Source of the DNA: Acidobacteriota bacterium
GTDB lineage: Bacteria; Acidobacteriota; UBA6911; JACQSX01
NCBI GenBank assembly: GCA_036507075.1
Contig: DASXQR010000014.1
Span: 1-10,676, forward strand
Direction of reading: 5' to 3'
Length of the DNA stretch: 10,676 nt
Notes under the pieces: generated by a model
Databases searched by the model: none
Seen by the model: the letters and a program-made list of their open reading frames with translations, nothing else
Told to the model about the DNA's origin: nothing
Program-made: the position numbers and the translations under genes
Part shown: positions 1-7,837 of the stretch, one piece after another
How the letters are laid out: every line of letters begins with the position of its first letter
How positions within the stretch are numbered: the first letter of the stretch is position 1

Positions 1-26
1 AAGACCCCATTCTGCCCTGTTCAATT

Positions 27-78
27 GTGTCAACGATGTTGTGAGGTTAAAGTGTCAACGATGTTGTGAGGTTGTACC
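27..78. mobile_element. Probable right end of an IS481-family-like insertion sequence (two tandem transposase-binding repeats)
   Basis: Perfect 22-bp direct repeat GTGTCAACGATGTTGTGAGGTT at 27-48 and 52-73 (25-bp period), followed by GTACC. This resembles the tandem-site ends of IS481-type elements, which normally end in ...GTACA. No transposase in the window. Confidence 0.5.
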
Positions 79-82
79 ACTA

Positions 83-112
83 CAACGGACAACTGACAAC
101 GGACCACTGACA
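83..112 (+). repeat. Heptamer tandem repeat (CAACGGA/CAACTGA/CCACTGA), STRR-like
   Basis: CAACGGA CAACTGA CAACGGA CCACTGA CA directly upstream of aspS. Confidence 0.85.
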
Positions 113-132
113 GGGAAAGGTTTGCAACGGCA

Positions 133-1917
133 GTGACTTCATTGGATTCGTTAGGGGACTGGAAGCGCACACATTCCTGCGGTGAGCTGAAAGCCGGTGA
201 TGCGGGCAGCGGCGCGACTTTAATGGGATGGGTTGATCGAAGACGCGATTTCGGCAGCCTGGTCTTTATCGACCTGAGGGATCGCGAAGGCATCACCCAG
301 GTTGTGATCCGGTCGGATGCCAGCGGCAGCCTGCTCGAGAGGTCCAGGCAGATCCGGCAGGAGTTTGTGCTGGCAGTGCGAGGGCAGGTGACCCGGCGTT
401 CGGCCGACACGGTCAACAAGGCGCTGCCCACCGGAGAAGTGGAGCTGATGGCTGAAGAGATTCGCATTCTTAACAGTGCGCGCACGCCTCCCTTTCCGAT
501 CAACGAAGACACTAAGGCTTCCGAAGACACGCGTCTGAAGTACCGCTACCTGGACCTGCGGCGCAGCAGGCTGCAGCGCAATCTTATTTTGCGGCATCAG
601 GTCTGTTTCGACATTCGCGAGTTTATGAACGGCAGGGATTTTGTCGAGGTGGAAACCCCGATTTTGACGAAATCGACGCCGGAAGGGGCGCGTGATTATC
701 TGGTGCCCAGCCGCCTGCATCCCGGAAAATTCTTTGCGCTGCCCCAGTCACCGCAACTGTTCAAGCAACTCCTGATGGTCTCCGGGATGGAAAAATACTT
801 TCAGATTGTGCGCTGCTTCCGCGATGAAGATCTGAGGGCGGACCGCCAGCCGGAATTCACGCAGGTGGACATCGAAATGTCGTTTGCGCAGCCGGAAACG
901 ATCTTTGAGTTGATTGAATCCATGATGGTAAAGATCTTCGGGAGAATAGGAGTGAAGGCGGAGCCGCCCTTCACGCGGCTCAGTTATACCGACGCGATGG
1001 CTCGTTTTGGCTCCGACAAACCGGATACGCGCTTTGGAATGGAGCTGATCGATTTCAGCGCCGAGTTTGGCGAAAGTGAATTCCGCGCGTTCCGGGAAAC
1101 GCTGCGCTCCGGGGGCAGCCTGAAAGGATTGATGGTTGAAAGCGGAGAGCGCTATTCGCGCAAGCAGATCGACGATCTGGCTGAATACACAAAATCACTC
1201 GGCGCGGGCGGTCTTGCCTGGATCAAAGCCGGCAGCGAGATTAAGTCGTCGCTGCCTAAAGTGGTCAGCCAGGCGGAGCTCCAGCGCGCACTCCAGAAGG
1301 CCGGGGCGGGCAGCGGGGCGCTTCTGCTGCTGGTGTCCGGCAAGCGCAAAACCGTGGAAGAGAGCCTGGGCGCCTTGAGACTGCATGTGGCGCGCCAGGA
1401 GGGACTTATTCCTGAGGAGAAATTTCATTTTCTCTGGGTATATGACTTTCCTCTGCTCGAATATGACGAACATGAGCGGCGCTACTTTGCCTGTCACCAT
1501 CCATTCACCAGCCCCGCAGATGCTGATGTAAATTCGCTCCAGACTGATCCGTCTTCCGTACGCGCCAAGGCTTACGACCTGGTGCTGAACGGAACGGAAA
1601 TCGGCGGGGGTTCCATCAGGATTCATCGCCAGGATATCCAGCGGCAGGTGTTCCAGACCCTGGGGCTGGATCAGGAGGAAGCGGAGAGAAAATTCGGTTT
1701 CTTTCTGGAAGCGCTTCAATATGGGACTCCCCCTCACGGAGGCATCGCGCTCGGCCTGGATCGAATTGTGATGCTGATGGCCGGAGAAAAATCTATTCGC
1801 GAAGTGATTGCTTTCCCCAAGACGGCGCGGGCATATTGCCTGATGACCGATTCGCCGTCGGAGGTAAGCTCTGATCAGCTCGAAGAGCTGCATCTGCAAA
1901 ACAAATCGGAAATATGA
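133..1917 (+). CDS. aspS: Aspartate--tRNA ligase, bacterial type
   Basis: 594 aa, GTG start. N-terminal RTHSCGEL and OB-fold (GWVDRRRD..FIDLRDREG), RLKYRYLDLRR, TPEGARDYLVPSR, motif 2 FRDEDLRADRQPEFTQ, GAD insertion, HHPFT, motif 3 PPHGGIALGLDR. Confidence 0.99.
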   Translation: MTSLDSLGDWKRTHSCGELKAGDAGSGATLMGWVDRRRDFGSLVFIDLRDREGITQVVIRSDASGSLLERSRQIRQEFVLAVRGQVTRRSADTVNKALPTGEVELMAEEIRILNSARTPPFPINEDTKASEDTRLKYRYLDLRRSRLQRNLILRHQVCFDIREFMNGRDFVEVETPILTKSTPEGARDYLVPSRLHPGKFFALPQSPQLFKQLLMVSGMEKYFQIVRCFRDEDLRADRQPEFTQVDIEMSFAQPETIFELIESMMVKIFGRIGVKAEPPFTRLSYTDAMARFGSDKPDTRFGMELIDFSAEFGESEFRAFRETLRSGGSLKGLMVESGERYSRKQIDDLAEYTKSLGAGGLAWIKAGSEIKSSLPKVVSQAELQRALQKAGAGSGALLLLVSGKRKTVEESLGALRLHVARQEGLIPEEKFHFLWVYDFPLLEYDEHERRYFACHHPFTSPADADVNSLQTDPSSVRAKAYDLVLNGTEIGGGSIRIHRQDIQRQVFQTLGLDQEEAERKFGFFLEALQYGTPPHGGIALGLDRIVMLMAGEKSIREVIAFPKTARAYCLMTDSPSEVSSDQLEELHLQNKSEI

Positions 1918-3740
1918 GCCGGATCCGGGTTTTGCCTGAAACCCTGGCCCACCAGATTGCCGCCGGAGAGGTTGTCGAAAGGCCCGCTTCTGTTCTCAAG
2001 GAGCTGATTGAAAACGCCATTGATGCGGGCGGCACGCGCATTGAAGTCGACCTGCGGGGCGGGGGACGGCAGCGGATCCGGGTGCGCGATGATGGCTGCG
2101 GCATGGATCCCGAGGACGTCCAACTGGCTTTCGAGCGGCACGCTACCAGCAAGATTCAGAGCGTTGAAGATCTGGAGCGCGTGCAGACGCTCGGCTTTCG
2201 CGGCGAGGCGCTTCCTTCTATTGCGTCGGTTGCTCGTCTGACACTGCGGAGCCGGGCGCAGGATTCATCACCTGTGGGAGCGGAAATTGTAATTGAAGGC
2301 GGAAGGCGACTCTCCCTGCGCGCCACCGGGTGGCCGCAGGGGACCGAAGTCGACGTTCAAGACCTGTTCTTCAACGTCCCTGCCCGCAAGAAGTTTATCA
2401 AGTCTCCCTCCACCGAGCTGTCTCACTGCATGAGATTGGTGGCGCAGTACGCGCTGATGCATCCTGAAATTCACTTCGAAGTTGAAAACGAACGCGGTCC
2501 GATTCTGTCGGTGGCGCCCGTTTCCGATCTGCGCGAAAGGATCTTCCAGGTTTATGGAAAGGATTTCCTCGACAATCTGGTCCCGTTCGACGAAACGCGC
2601 GGCGGGGCGCGCGCCTATGGTTTCACCTCGCTTCCACACGAACAGCGCAGCAACCGTTATTCGCAGTTCTTCTTCGTCAACAGGCGCATGGTGCGCGACA
2701 AGACGATGTCTTCGGCTGTGGCCACTGCGTACCGCCAGTTGATCCCGGCGGGAACCTTTCCGGTGGTGCTTCTTTTTGTGGAGATCGCGCCTGGAGAAAT
2801 CGATGTCAACGTTCATCCTGCGAAAACAGAAATCCGGTTTCGCGAGAGCTCGGTGATTTTTGCCTTGATTCGTTCGGCCATCGACGCCGGATTGCTGGAG
2901 CATCGTCCGGTGCCGGTGCTTTCCGGCGATTCCATATTCGTCGACTCGGAGGGCGCAACATTTCCGCATCCTCTCACGTTCGGACCGTTTGCCGCCCGCT
3001 TGGAGAACCAGGCAGGATTTGCCTACCAGGCTCCGCCGCAGTCCGCGCAGGCGGAGCCTGGGTTTGCGCGTATTCCGGTCAAACCGGAAATCGGCGGCGC
3101 AATCCCTGACGGCCACACCCAATGGCCGGGGGAAGTTTTCCACGCGATGAGCGATCTTCGCACCTCACAGCCCCCGCGCGCCATGGGTCAGTTTCTCAAT
3201 AGTTTCATCGTTGCGACAGACCCGGCAGGGCTCTTCATTATCGATCAGCACGTGGCGCACGAGCGGATTCTCTATGATCAGTCGCTGCGGCAGATGGAGG
3301 ACAGTCGCGTACCCCAGCAAAGACTGCTCGTTCCACGCACACTTAATGTCCCGCCGGCGCGCCGGGCATTGATCGCGGATCTGCTGCCGGAGCTGAACAG
3401 GGGAGGATTTCAGGCCGACGCATACGGCGATGACATCGTGGTGCAGGCAGTCCCGGCCGTGGCGCGGGACGCGGATCTGGAGTTGATCATCAAGGAGATC
3501 CTGGACAGCCTGGAAAGCTCGCAGCGAGAGTTCGATGTGAAGGAACTGAGAAAACGCATTGCAGTTTCAACTGCCTGCCGCGCCGCGATCAAGATCAATA
3601 CGCCCCTGGCGCCGGAAAAAATGCAATGGCTGCTGGATCAACTCTACCGCACCGAGAATCCGACCTCCTGCCCCCACGGTCGCCCGGTGCTGTTTCGATT
3701 GGGGCTGTACGAAATATTGAGAAGTTTCAAGAGGATTTAG
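1914..3740 (+). CDS. mutL: DNA mismatch repair endonuclease MutL
   Basis: 608 aa. GHKL ATPase motifs IAAGEVVERPASVLKELIENAIDAG, HATSKI, GFRGEAL, DVNVHPAKTE. C-terminal DQHVAHE, clamp-binding-like QRLLVP, ACR and CPHGRP. ATGA overlap with the aspS stop. Confidence 0.99.
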   Translation: MSRIRVLPETLAHQIAAGEVVERPASVLKELIENAIDAGGTRIEVDLRGGGRQRIRVRDDGCGMDPEDVQLAFERHATSKIQSVEDLERVQTLGFRGEALPSIASVARLTLRSRAQDSSPVGAEIVIEGGRRLSLRATGWPQGTEVDVQDLFFNVPARKKFIKSPSTELSHCMRLVAQYALMHPEIHFEVENERGPILSVAPVSDLRERIFQVYGKDFLDNLVPFDETRGGARAYGFTSLPHEQRSNRYSQFFFVNRRMVRDKTMSSAVATAYRQLIPAGTFPVVLLFVEIAPGEIDVNVHPAKTEIRFRESSVIFALIRSAIDAGLLEHRPVPVLSGDSIFVDSEGATFPHPLTFGPFAARLENQAGFAYQAPPQSAQAEPGFARIPVKPEIGGAIPDGHTQWPGEVFHAMSDLRTSQPPRAMGQFLNSFIVATDPAGLFIIDQHVAHERILYDQSLRQMEDSRVPQQRLLVPRTLNVPPARRALIADLLPELNRGGFQADAYGDDIVVQAVPAVARDADLELIIKEILDSLESSQREFDVKELRKRIAVSTACRAAIKINTPLAPEKMQWLLDQLYRTENPTSCPHGRPVLFRLGLYEILRSFKRI

Positions 3741-3744
3741 TATT

Positions 3745-3768
3745 TTGTCCGTTGTCCGTTGTCCGTTG
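3745..3768 (-). repeat. Heptamer tandem repeat (TTGTCCG)3+, reverse complement of CAACGGA units
   Basis: TTGTCCG TTGTCCG TTGTCCG TTG starting 4 nt after the mutL stop. Confidence 0.85.
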
Positions 3769-3924
3769 AGCGCCGCTAAGTTTTCTCCTATCGTGGGGGG
3801 CGAAGCATTGCGGCTAAGGACTGCTGCCAAGTCAGCGCCAACGAAGTGCTAGAAACGGTCGCCTGATGCTTAGCCAACCGGACGTTCCCCAACTGAACCT
3901 GACCGTTCAAACGTTTACTCCTGT

Positions 3925-4045
3925 CCATGACCGGTTTGGTTTTCTATTGGGTGACCTCCGCCAACCAGGGCGAAAAACCTTACCGCTAGTTTCATAAACG
4001 GGCACCAGAGCTCGCTTTGTGCCAGATAATTGTGACAGGCAATAT
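3925..4045. repeat. Diverged ~120-bp non-coding direct repeat, copy 1
   Basis: Aligns with 4827-4950 at roughly 80% identity by hand, including a perfect AATTGTGACAGGCAATAT (4028-4045 = 4933-4950). Confidence 0.9.
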
Positions 4046-4154
4046 CGGGCGTCTTTCAGGGATGGGACAGCATTGTCGAGAGATTTGAATAGGTCACGAA
4101 GGTCTCTCGCCAGAATTTTTCTTTGAGATTGGTCAAAGGTAGCTGCCTTACCGC

Positions 4155-4214
4155 TTATAACGGCTGGCGGCTCAGCGGCCGCGCTTCGCGGTCCGCTGGA
4201 GCCGTCTGTTAGCC
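4155..4214 (-). mobile_element. Integron attC site (60 bp)
   Basis: Minus strand reads GGCTAAC-AGACGGCTCCAGCGGACCGCGAAGCGCGGCCGCTGAGCCGCCAGCC-GTTATAA: R'' ..TAAC, L''/L' boxes with an extra-helical base (GCTCCAGCGG / CCGCTGAGC), R' GTT. It lies 7 nt downstream of the stop of 4222..4491. Confidence 0.85.
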
Positions 4215-4221
4215 AGAATGC

Positions 4222-4491
4222 CTAAGCTGCTCGCAATGGAGCCAAATCTGACCGGTTCAGCGGTGGCAAGCCAAGATTGTGCAGGACCTTGTTGAGAGCG
4301 GCGATCGTGACCTCCGCAGGTGCTGTGATTTCGATGCCGATCGGCTTTCCACTGCGATTAAAGTCAATGACCAGCCCGGGGTCTGCCTTGGACGTGCGAT
4401 AGCTCTTTTCTCCGGGTCGCCGCGGCAAGTAAAGGTAGGCTGCGATCGGTTGGCCTCGGCGAAAGGTTACTTCTAGATAAGGTTCCTTCAT
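4222..4491 (-). CDS. DUF2283-like protein, putative antitoxin
   Basis: 89 aa; AAYLYL...SYRT...PGLVIDFNRSGKPIGIEI pattern typical of DUF2283; downstream of a DUF4258-like gene. Confidence 0.8.
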   Translation of the reverse strand: MKEPYLEVTFRRGQPIAAYLYLPRRPGEKSYRTSKADPGLVIDFNRSGKPIGIEITAPAEVTIAALNKVLHNLGLPPLNRSDLAPLRAA

Positions 4492-4501
4492 CTCAGTCGT
4501 C

Positions 4502-4759
4502 TCAGGCCGGATAGGCGGTTACGACAACCAGCAACTTGGCCCCAACGTCCGGCTCAACGATTACCTCCCAGGTACGTCGACCGTGCCGGCTCACAATGAT
4601 CCAGCGACCTTCTACGACATCACGGCGGTACGATATCGCACGGTCAAGCATAACTCTTAAGTCGACCTCAGTAAAGCGCCGGTCTTCCATGCGCTTAAGC
4701 AGGTGGGGAGTGAACTCGAGCTCCTAGTCCCACCATTCCGGCCAACTTCCTTTTTTCAG
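4502..4759 (-). pseudogene. DUF4258-like (RelE/BrnT-fold) toxin with a premature stop
   Basis: Frame reads (CTG)KKGSWPEWWD*ELEFTPHLLKRMEDRRFTEVDLR..GRWII..WEVIVEPD..LLVVVTAYPA. In-frame TAG at 4726-4724, where TGG would give WWDWELE. SD GGAGA at 4770-4766 precedes a CTG at 4759. Confidence 0.75.
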
Positions 4760-4826
4760 AGCTTATCTCCATCCGCTTTTTCAGAGCATATGTCCATCTG
4801 GCCACAGCTACAAGCTTCCCTCTTAG

Positions 4827-4950
4827 CCATGACTAGGTTTGGTTTTCGATTGGATGGTGACGTCTGCCAACCAACACGAAACCGTACCGACAGTTGCCAT
4901 AAATAGGCACCAGATCCGGATTTGTTCCAGACAATTGTGACAGGCAATAT
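4827..4950. repeat. Diverged ~120-bp non-coding direct repeat, copy 2
   Basis: Homologous to 3925-4045; 1-3 nt indels argue against coding constraint. Confidence 0.9.
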
Positions 4951-5164
4951 TTGTCGTGGTCGTGATATTATTTCAACCCGCACGACCCGGCAATCTGGGT
5001 CGAGAAGCGTGTCGGCCTTGGCTACACCCTGAACATTGGCAACTCGCGCGCGTGGCTGCTCATCGGCATGATGCAGGCACCGATGATTGCCGCCCGTCTG
5101 TTGTTCTGAGGTACGCCGATCTATTGGAAGCACAAAAACCGTGAACACGGAAAGGAGCACGCTC

Positions 5165-6985
5165 ATGCGCACGGTTCTCTTCACGCACACCCCTCCTGCC
5201 GGGCGGCGCGCTCTGATCTGGTGTCTCGCCTGGTATCTGGGCGTCCTCATCGCGCCTGCTGCGATGGCGCAGGATCGAGGGCTCGTGATCGAGTACACGG
5301 TCAAGGTGGCCGACGTCCCGGGCCAGCTCTTTCACGTGACCACCGACATCAAGGACATCAACCAGCCGGCGCTCGAGCTCTCGCTGCCGGTATGGTCGCC
5401 CGGCTGGTACGTGATCGAGAACTACGCAAAGAACGTCTATCGCTTCAAAGTGACCGAACCGGGCGGCCGGGAGCTGCGACCGGCGCAGGTGCGGAAGCAG
5501 ACCTGGCGGATCGACACGAAGGGGATCTCGCGTGTCACCGTCGAGTTCGACTACCTTGCGAAGGTTCTCTCCGCGAATCAGGCGCGCATCGCGCCCGACT
5601 ACGCGTTCTTCACCGGCACGCAGCTCTTCCTGATGCCCGAGGGTCATCGATCGCGGCCCAGCGTGGTGCGGTTCGATGTGCCCACTGGCTGGAAAATCGC
5701 CAGCGGGCTCGACGAGACGGCTGACCCGGCGGTGTTCACGGCGCCCGATTACGACACGCTCGTCGATCAGCCGGCGCTGATGGGACAGTTCGAGGTCACG
5801 CGGTTCATGGCCGCGGGCAAGCCCCACGACCTCGTCGTCAATCCCCCGGGCGTGTTCTCGGCAGAGAAGACCCGCAGGTTGGCCGAACATCTGACGAAGA
5901 TCGCGGAAACGCAGGGAAGGATCTTCGGCGGCCTGCCGTATCGGAAATTCGTGTACTTCTACCTGTTCCGGCCCGCCGAAGCGAGTGCGACGGTACTGGA
6001 GCACCAGAACTCGTTCGTCGCCATCTGGAACCCCGACGCGCTGCCGCTGCCCGACGACATGGTGGGGCAGGCCTCGCACGAGTTCTTTCACGTCTGGAAC
6101 GTCAAGCGGATCCGTCCGGTGCAGATGTGGCCCTACGACTACGCGCGCGAGAACGAGACGCCGCTGCTCTGGGTGTCCGAGGGCTTCACGGGTTACTACG
6201 CCGGCCTGGCGTTGTATCGCGCCGGGTTGAGAGACGCCAGAAGCTTCGTCGGACAGGTCGCCAGGTCGATCGCGGAAGTGGAACAAAACGAGGCACGGCG
6301 CTACATATCCGCGGCGGACTCGTCCACCTCCACGTGGATCGGCTACAACAATCCGCCTCCGTTCAGCATTTCCTATTACTCACAGGGGCAGAACCTCGCC
6401 GCGCTCCTGGATCTCTCCATCCGTCACGACTCCAGCAGCGCATTCGGACTAGACGAGGTCATGCGAACGCTCTTCACGGACTTCTACCAGCGCGGCCGCG
6501 GATTCAGCACCGGGGATCTGATTCGCGTCGTCAACCGAATCGCCAGGCGCTCGTACGACAGCTTCTTCAGTCGATACGTCTCAGGCACGGACGTGCCGCC
6601 CTACGAGACGATTCTCGGCTACGCCGGCTATCAGCTCGAACGCGCCACGCGAAAGCTTCCCTTTCTGGGTGTGAACCTGGATACCTTGGGCCGGGTTACA
6701 GGTTTCCCTCCCGGCTTCGATGCGGCGACGTCCCCTCTGCAGCCGGGGGATTTCATCGTGAGCGTCGCTGGCGAGACGCTGGCGGGCAAGGGCGCTGGCA
6801 CCGTCTTCCGTCTCCTCAACGAGAGGTTGGGTCAGAACATCAGGCTCAAGATCCGGCGCGGTGGCGAGGACCGTGAACTGGAAATGACCGTAGGCTCCGT
6901 CGTGCTCGTGAACTATCGCATCGTCGAGAGCCAGTCAGCGACGCCGGAACAGTTACGGGTTCGGGAAGCCTGGCTCAAACGTTAG
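5165..6985 (+). CDS. Secreted M61-family (glycyl aminopeptidase-like) zinc metallopeptidase with C-terminal PDZ-like domain
   Basis: LPVWSPGWY, LEHQNS, HEFFHVWNVKRIRP, LWVSEGFT, SYYSQG motifs; PDZ-like PFLGV...LQPGDFIVSVAG...IRRGG. Start moved to ATG 5165 (SD AAGGAG 5152-5157), followed by a signal peptide ending AMA|QD. Confidence 0.92.
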   Translation: MRTVLFTHTPPAGRRALIWCLAWYLGVLIAPAAMAQDRGLVIEYTVKVADVPGQLFHVTTDIKDINQPALELSLPVWSPGWYVIENYAKNVYRFKVTEPGGRELRPAQVRKQTWRIDTKGISRVTVEFDYLAKVLSANQARIAPDYAFFTGTQLFLMPEGHRSRPSVVRFDVPTGWKIASGLDETADPAVFTAPDYDTLVDQPALMGQFEVTRFMAAGKPHDLVVNPPGVFSAEKTRRLAEHLTKIAETQGRIFGGLPYRKFVYFYLFRPAEASATVLEHQNSFVAIWNPDALPLPDDMVGQASHEFFHVWNVKRIRPVQMWPYDYARENETPLLWVSEGFTGYYAGLALYRAGLRDARSFVGQVARSIAEVEQNEARRYISAADSSTSTWIGYNNPPPFSISYYSQGQNLAALLDLSIRHDSSSAFGLDEVMRTLFTDFYQRGRGFSTGDLIRVVNRIARRSYDSFFSRYVSGTDVPPYETILGYAGYQLERATRKLPFLGVNLDTLGRVTGFPPGFDAATSPLQPGDFIVSVAGETLAGKGAGTVFRLLNERLGQNIRLKIRRGGEDRELEMTVGSVVLVNYRIVESQSATPEQLRVREAWLKR

Positions 6986-7059
6986 CGGCTGGTCGTAAGC
7001 GCCGCGACCGATGCATCTGTTCCAGCCCTGCAGGCATCTCTCTTCATTTGTCCAAGGGG

Positions 7060-7324
7060 CGAATTTTCCCAGCTCCACGGCGGTCAGTACCGCGGGCGTC
7101 AGCCCGTGCGCGGTGGATCTCCCCAGTTCCACGTCGTCAGTACCGCGGGCGTGAGCCCGTGGTCCAGACTCCCGTAGTGGCTGTGGTACTGACGGCGGTG
7201 AAGGTGGCGAGATTCGCCCGGCACGGGCTCACGCCCGCGGTACTGATCGGAGTGGAGTTGGGAAGGTTCACCGCGCACGGGCTGACGCCCGCGGTACTGA
7301 CCGTGGTGGAGTTGGGGAGATTCG
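7060..7324. repeat. REP/BIME-like palindromic array
   Basis: 25-bp unit TCAGTACCGCGGGCGT(C/G)AGCCCGTG forward at 7084-7108 and 7137-7161, inverted at 7222-7246 and 7276-7300, plus a degenerate inverted unit ending at 7192. Period 53-54 bp with similar linkers. Confidence 0.85.
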
Positions 7325-7516
7325 TCCGCGGACTTCACACCCTCGGGGGAAAGGCAAAGCCTTTCCATGGCACCCTCGCCATAAGTGACGAGGCTACCCT
7401 CCCTGCGGGCAGGCCGCTGAAGCGGCCCCCACCGGCCTTTGTGCCGGTGGGGGCCAAGATTCTTCACTTCTTGCGCAATCAAGCGCGCGTGAAACTGCCG
7501 CCTTTTGCCTGCATCA

Positions 7517-7548
7517 GGCGCGCGGCTGATGCCGGGGCGTCAGGCGGC
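7517..7548 (+). mobile_element. Degenerate attC right half (L' + R')
   Basis: GGCGCGCGGCTGATGCCGGGGC-GTCAGGCGGC; 26/29 identical to 9219-9247; core GTTAGGC altered to GTCAGGC. Confidence 0.65.
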
Positions 7549-7582
7549 TGGAAATTGTGAGCGGCGCTTTGCCATCATCGCG

Positions 7583-7591
7583 TGCTAAAAT
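7583..7591 (+). promoter_or_regulatory. Extended -10 promoter, probably giving a leaderless TA transcript
   Basis: TG-C-TAAAAT ends 6 nt before ATG 7598; no Shine-Dalgarno. Confidence 0.55.
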
Positions 7592-7597
7592 TCCGTC

Positions 7598-7837
7598 ATG
7601 GCTCGCAAGCTAAAGGAGATTTTCCGCGAAGCTGCTGAGTTGTCGGAAAACGATCGTGCTACGCCGGCCGCTATGCTGCTCGAGAGTTTAGAAAGTGCCC
7701 CCGAGCCGGATGCGGAGAGAGCGTGGGCGGAAGAAATCGAGCGTCGACTCAGGCAGCTTGCAGCAGGCGAGGTCGAGACAGTTTCATGGCCTCAGGTAAG
7801 GGAGGAACTGTTTGGCCGGGGAAATGAGGAACGTTAG
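7598..7837 (+). CDS. Addiction-module antitoxin (Unstab_antitox / TIGR02574-like)
   Basis: 79 aa: LSENDRA..AAMLLESLE...AWAEEIERRLRQLAAGEVETVSW; overlaps the start of a RelE/ParE gene. Confidence 0.88.
   Translation: MARKLKEIFREAAELSENDRATPAAMLLESLESAPEPDAERAWAEEIERRLRQLAAGEVETVSWPQVREELFGRGNEER

Noticed and set aside
3812..3875. Hairpin GGCTAAG..CTTAGCC as mutL terminator or ncRNA
   Set aside because: Short stem, poorly paired interior, and no U-tract.
4009..4025. Sigma54 promoter on the minus strand (CTGGCAC..GC with GG-N10-GC spacing)
   Set aside because: The -12 element is poor (GAGC) and the GC is not conserved in repeat copy 2.
4078..4154. c-di-GMP-I riboswitch suggested by GGTAGCTGCCTTACCG
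   Set aside because: The 5' GGCAAA..GAAA..GACGCAAAG elements are absent.
4724..4726. Programmed readthrough or recoding of TAG (and programmed frameshift near 7875)
   Set aside because: TAG is an ordinary stop in neighbouring genes, a single TGG to TAG change explains it, and no slippery heptamer is present near 7875.
5060..6286. 408-aa minus-strand ORF and the other long antisense or alternate-frame ORFs within aspS, mutL and the peptidase
   Set aside because: Shadow ORFs expected from GC-rich codon bias opposite well-supported genes.
7060..7324. CRISPR array
   Set aside because: Units switch orientation, linkers resemble each other rather than being unique spacers, and there are no cas genes.
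7048..7560. 170-aa (+) and 127-aa (-) ORFs
   Set aside because: They are translations of the palindromic repeat array and hairpins, with no protein-like features.
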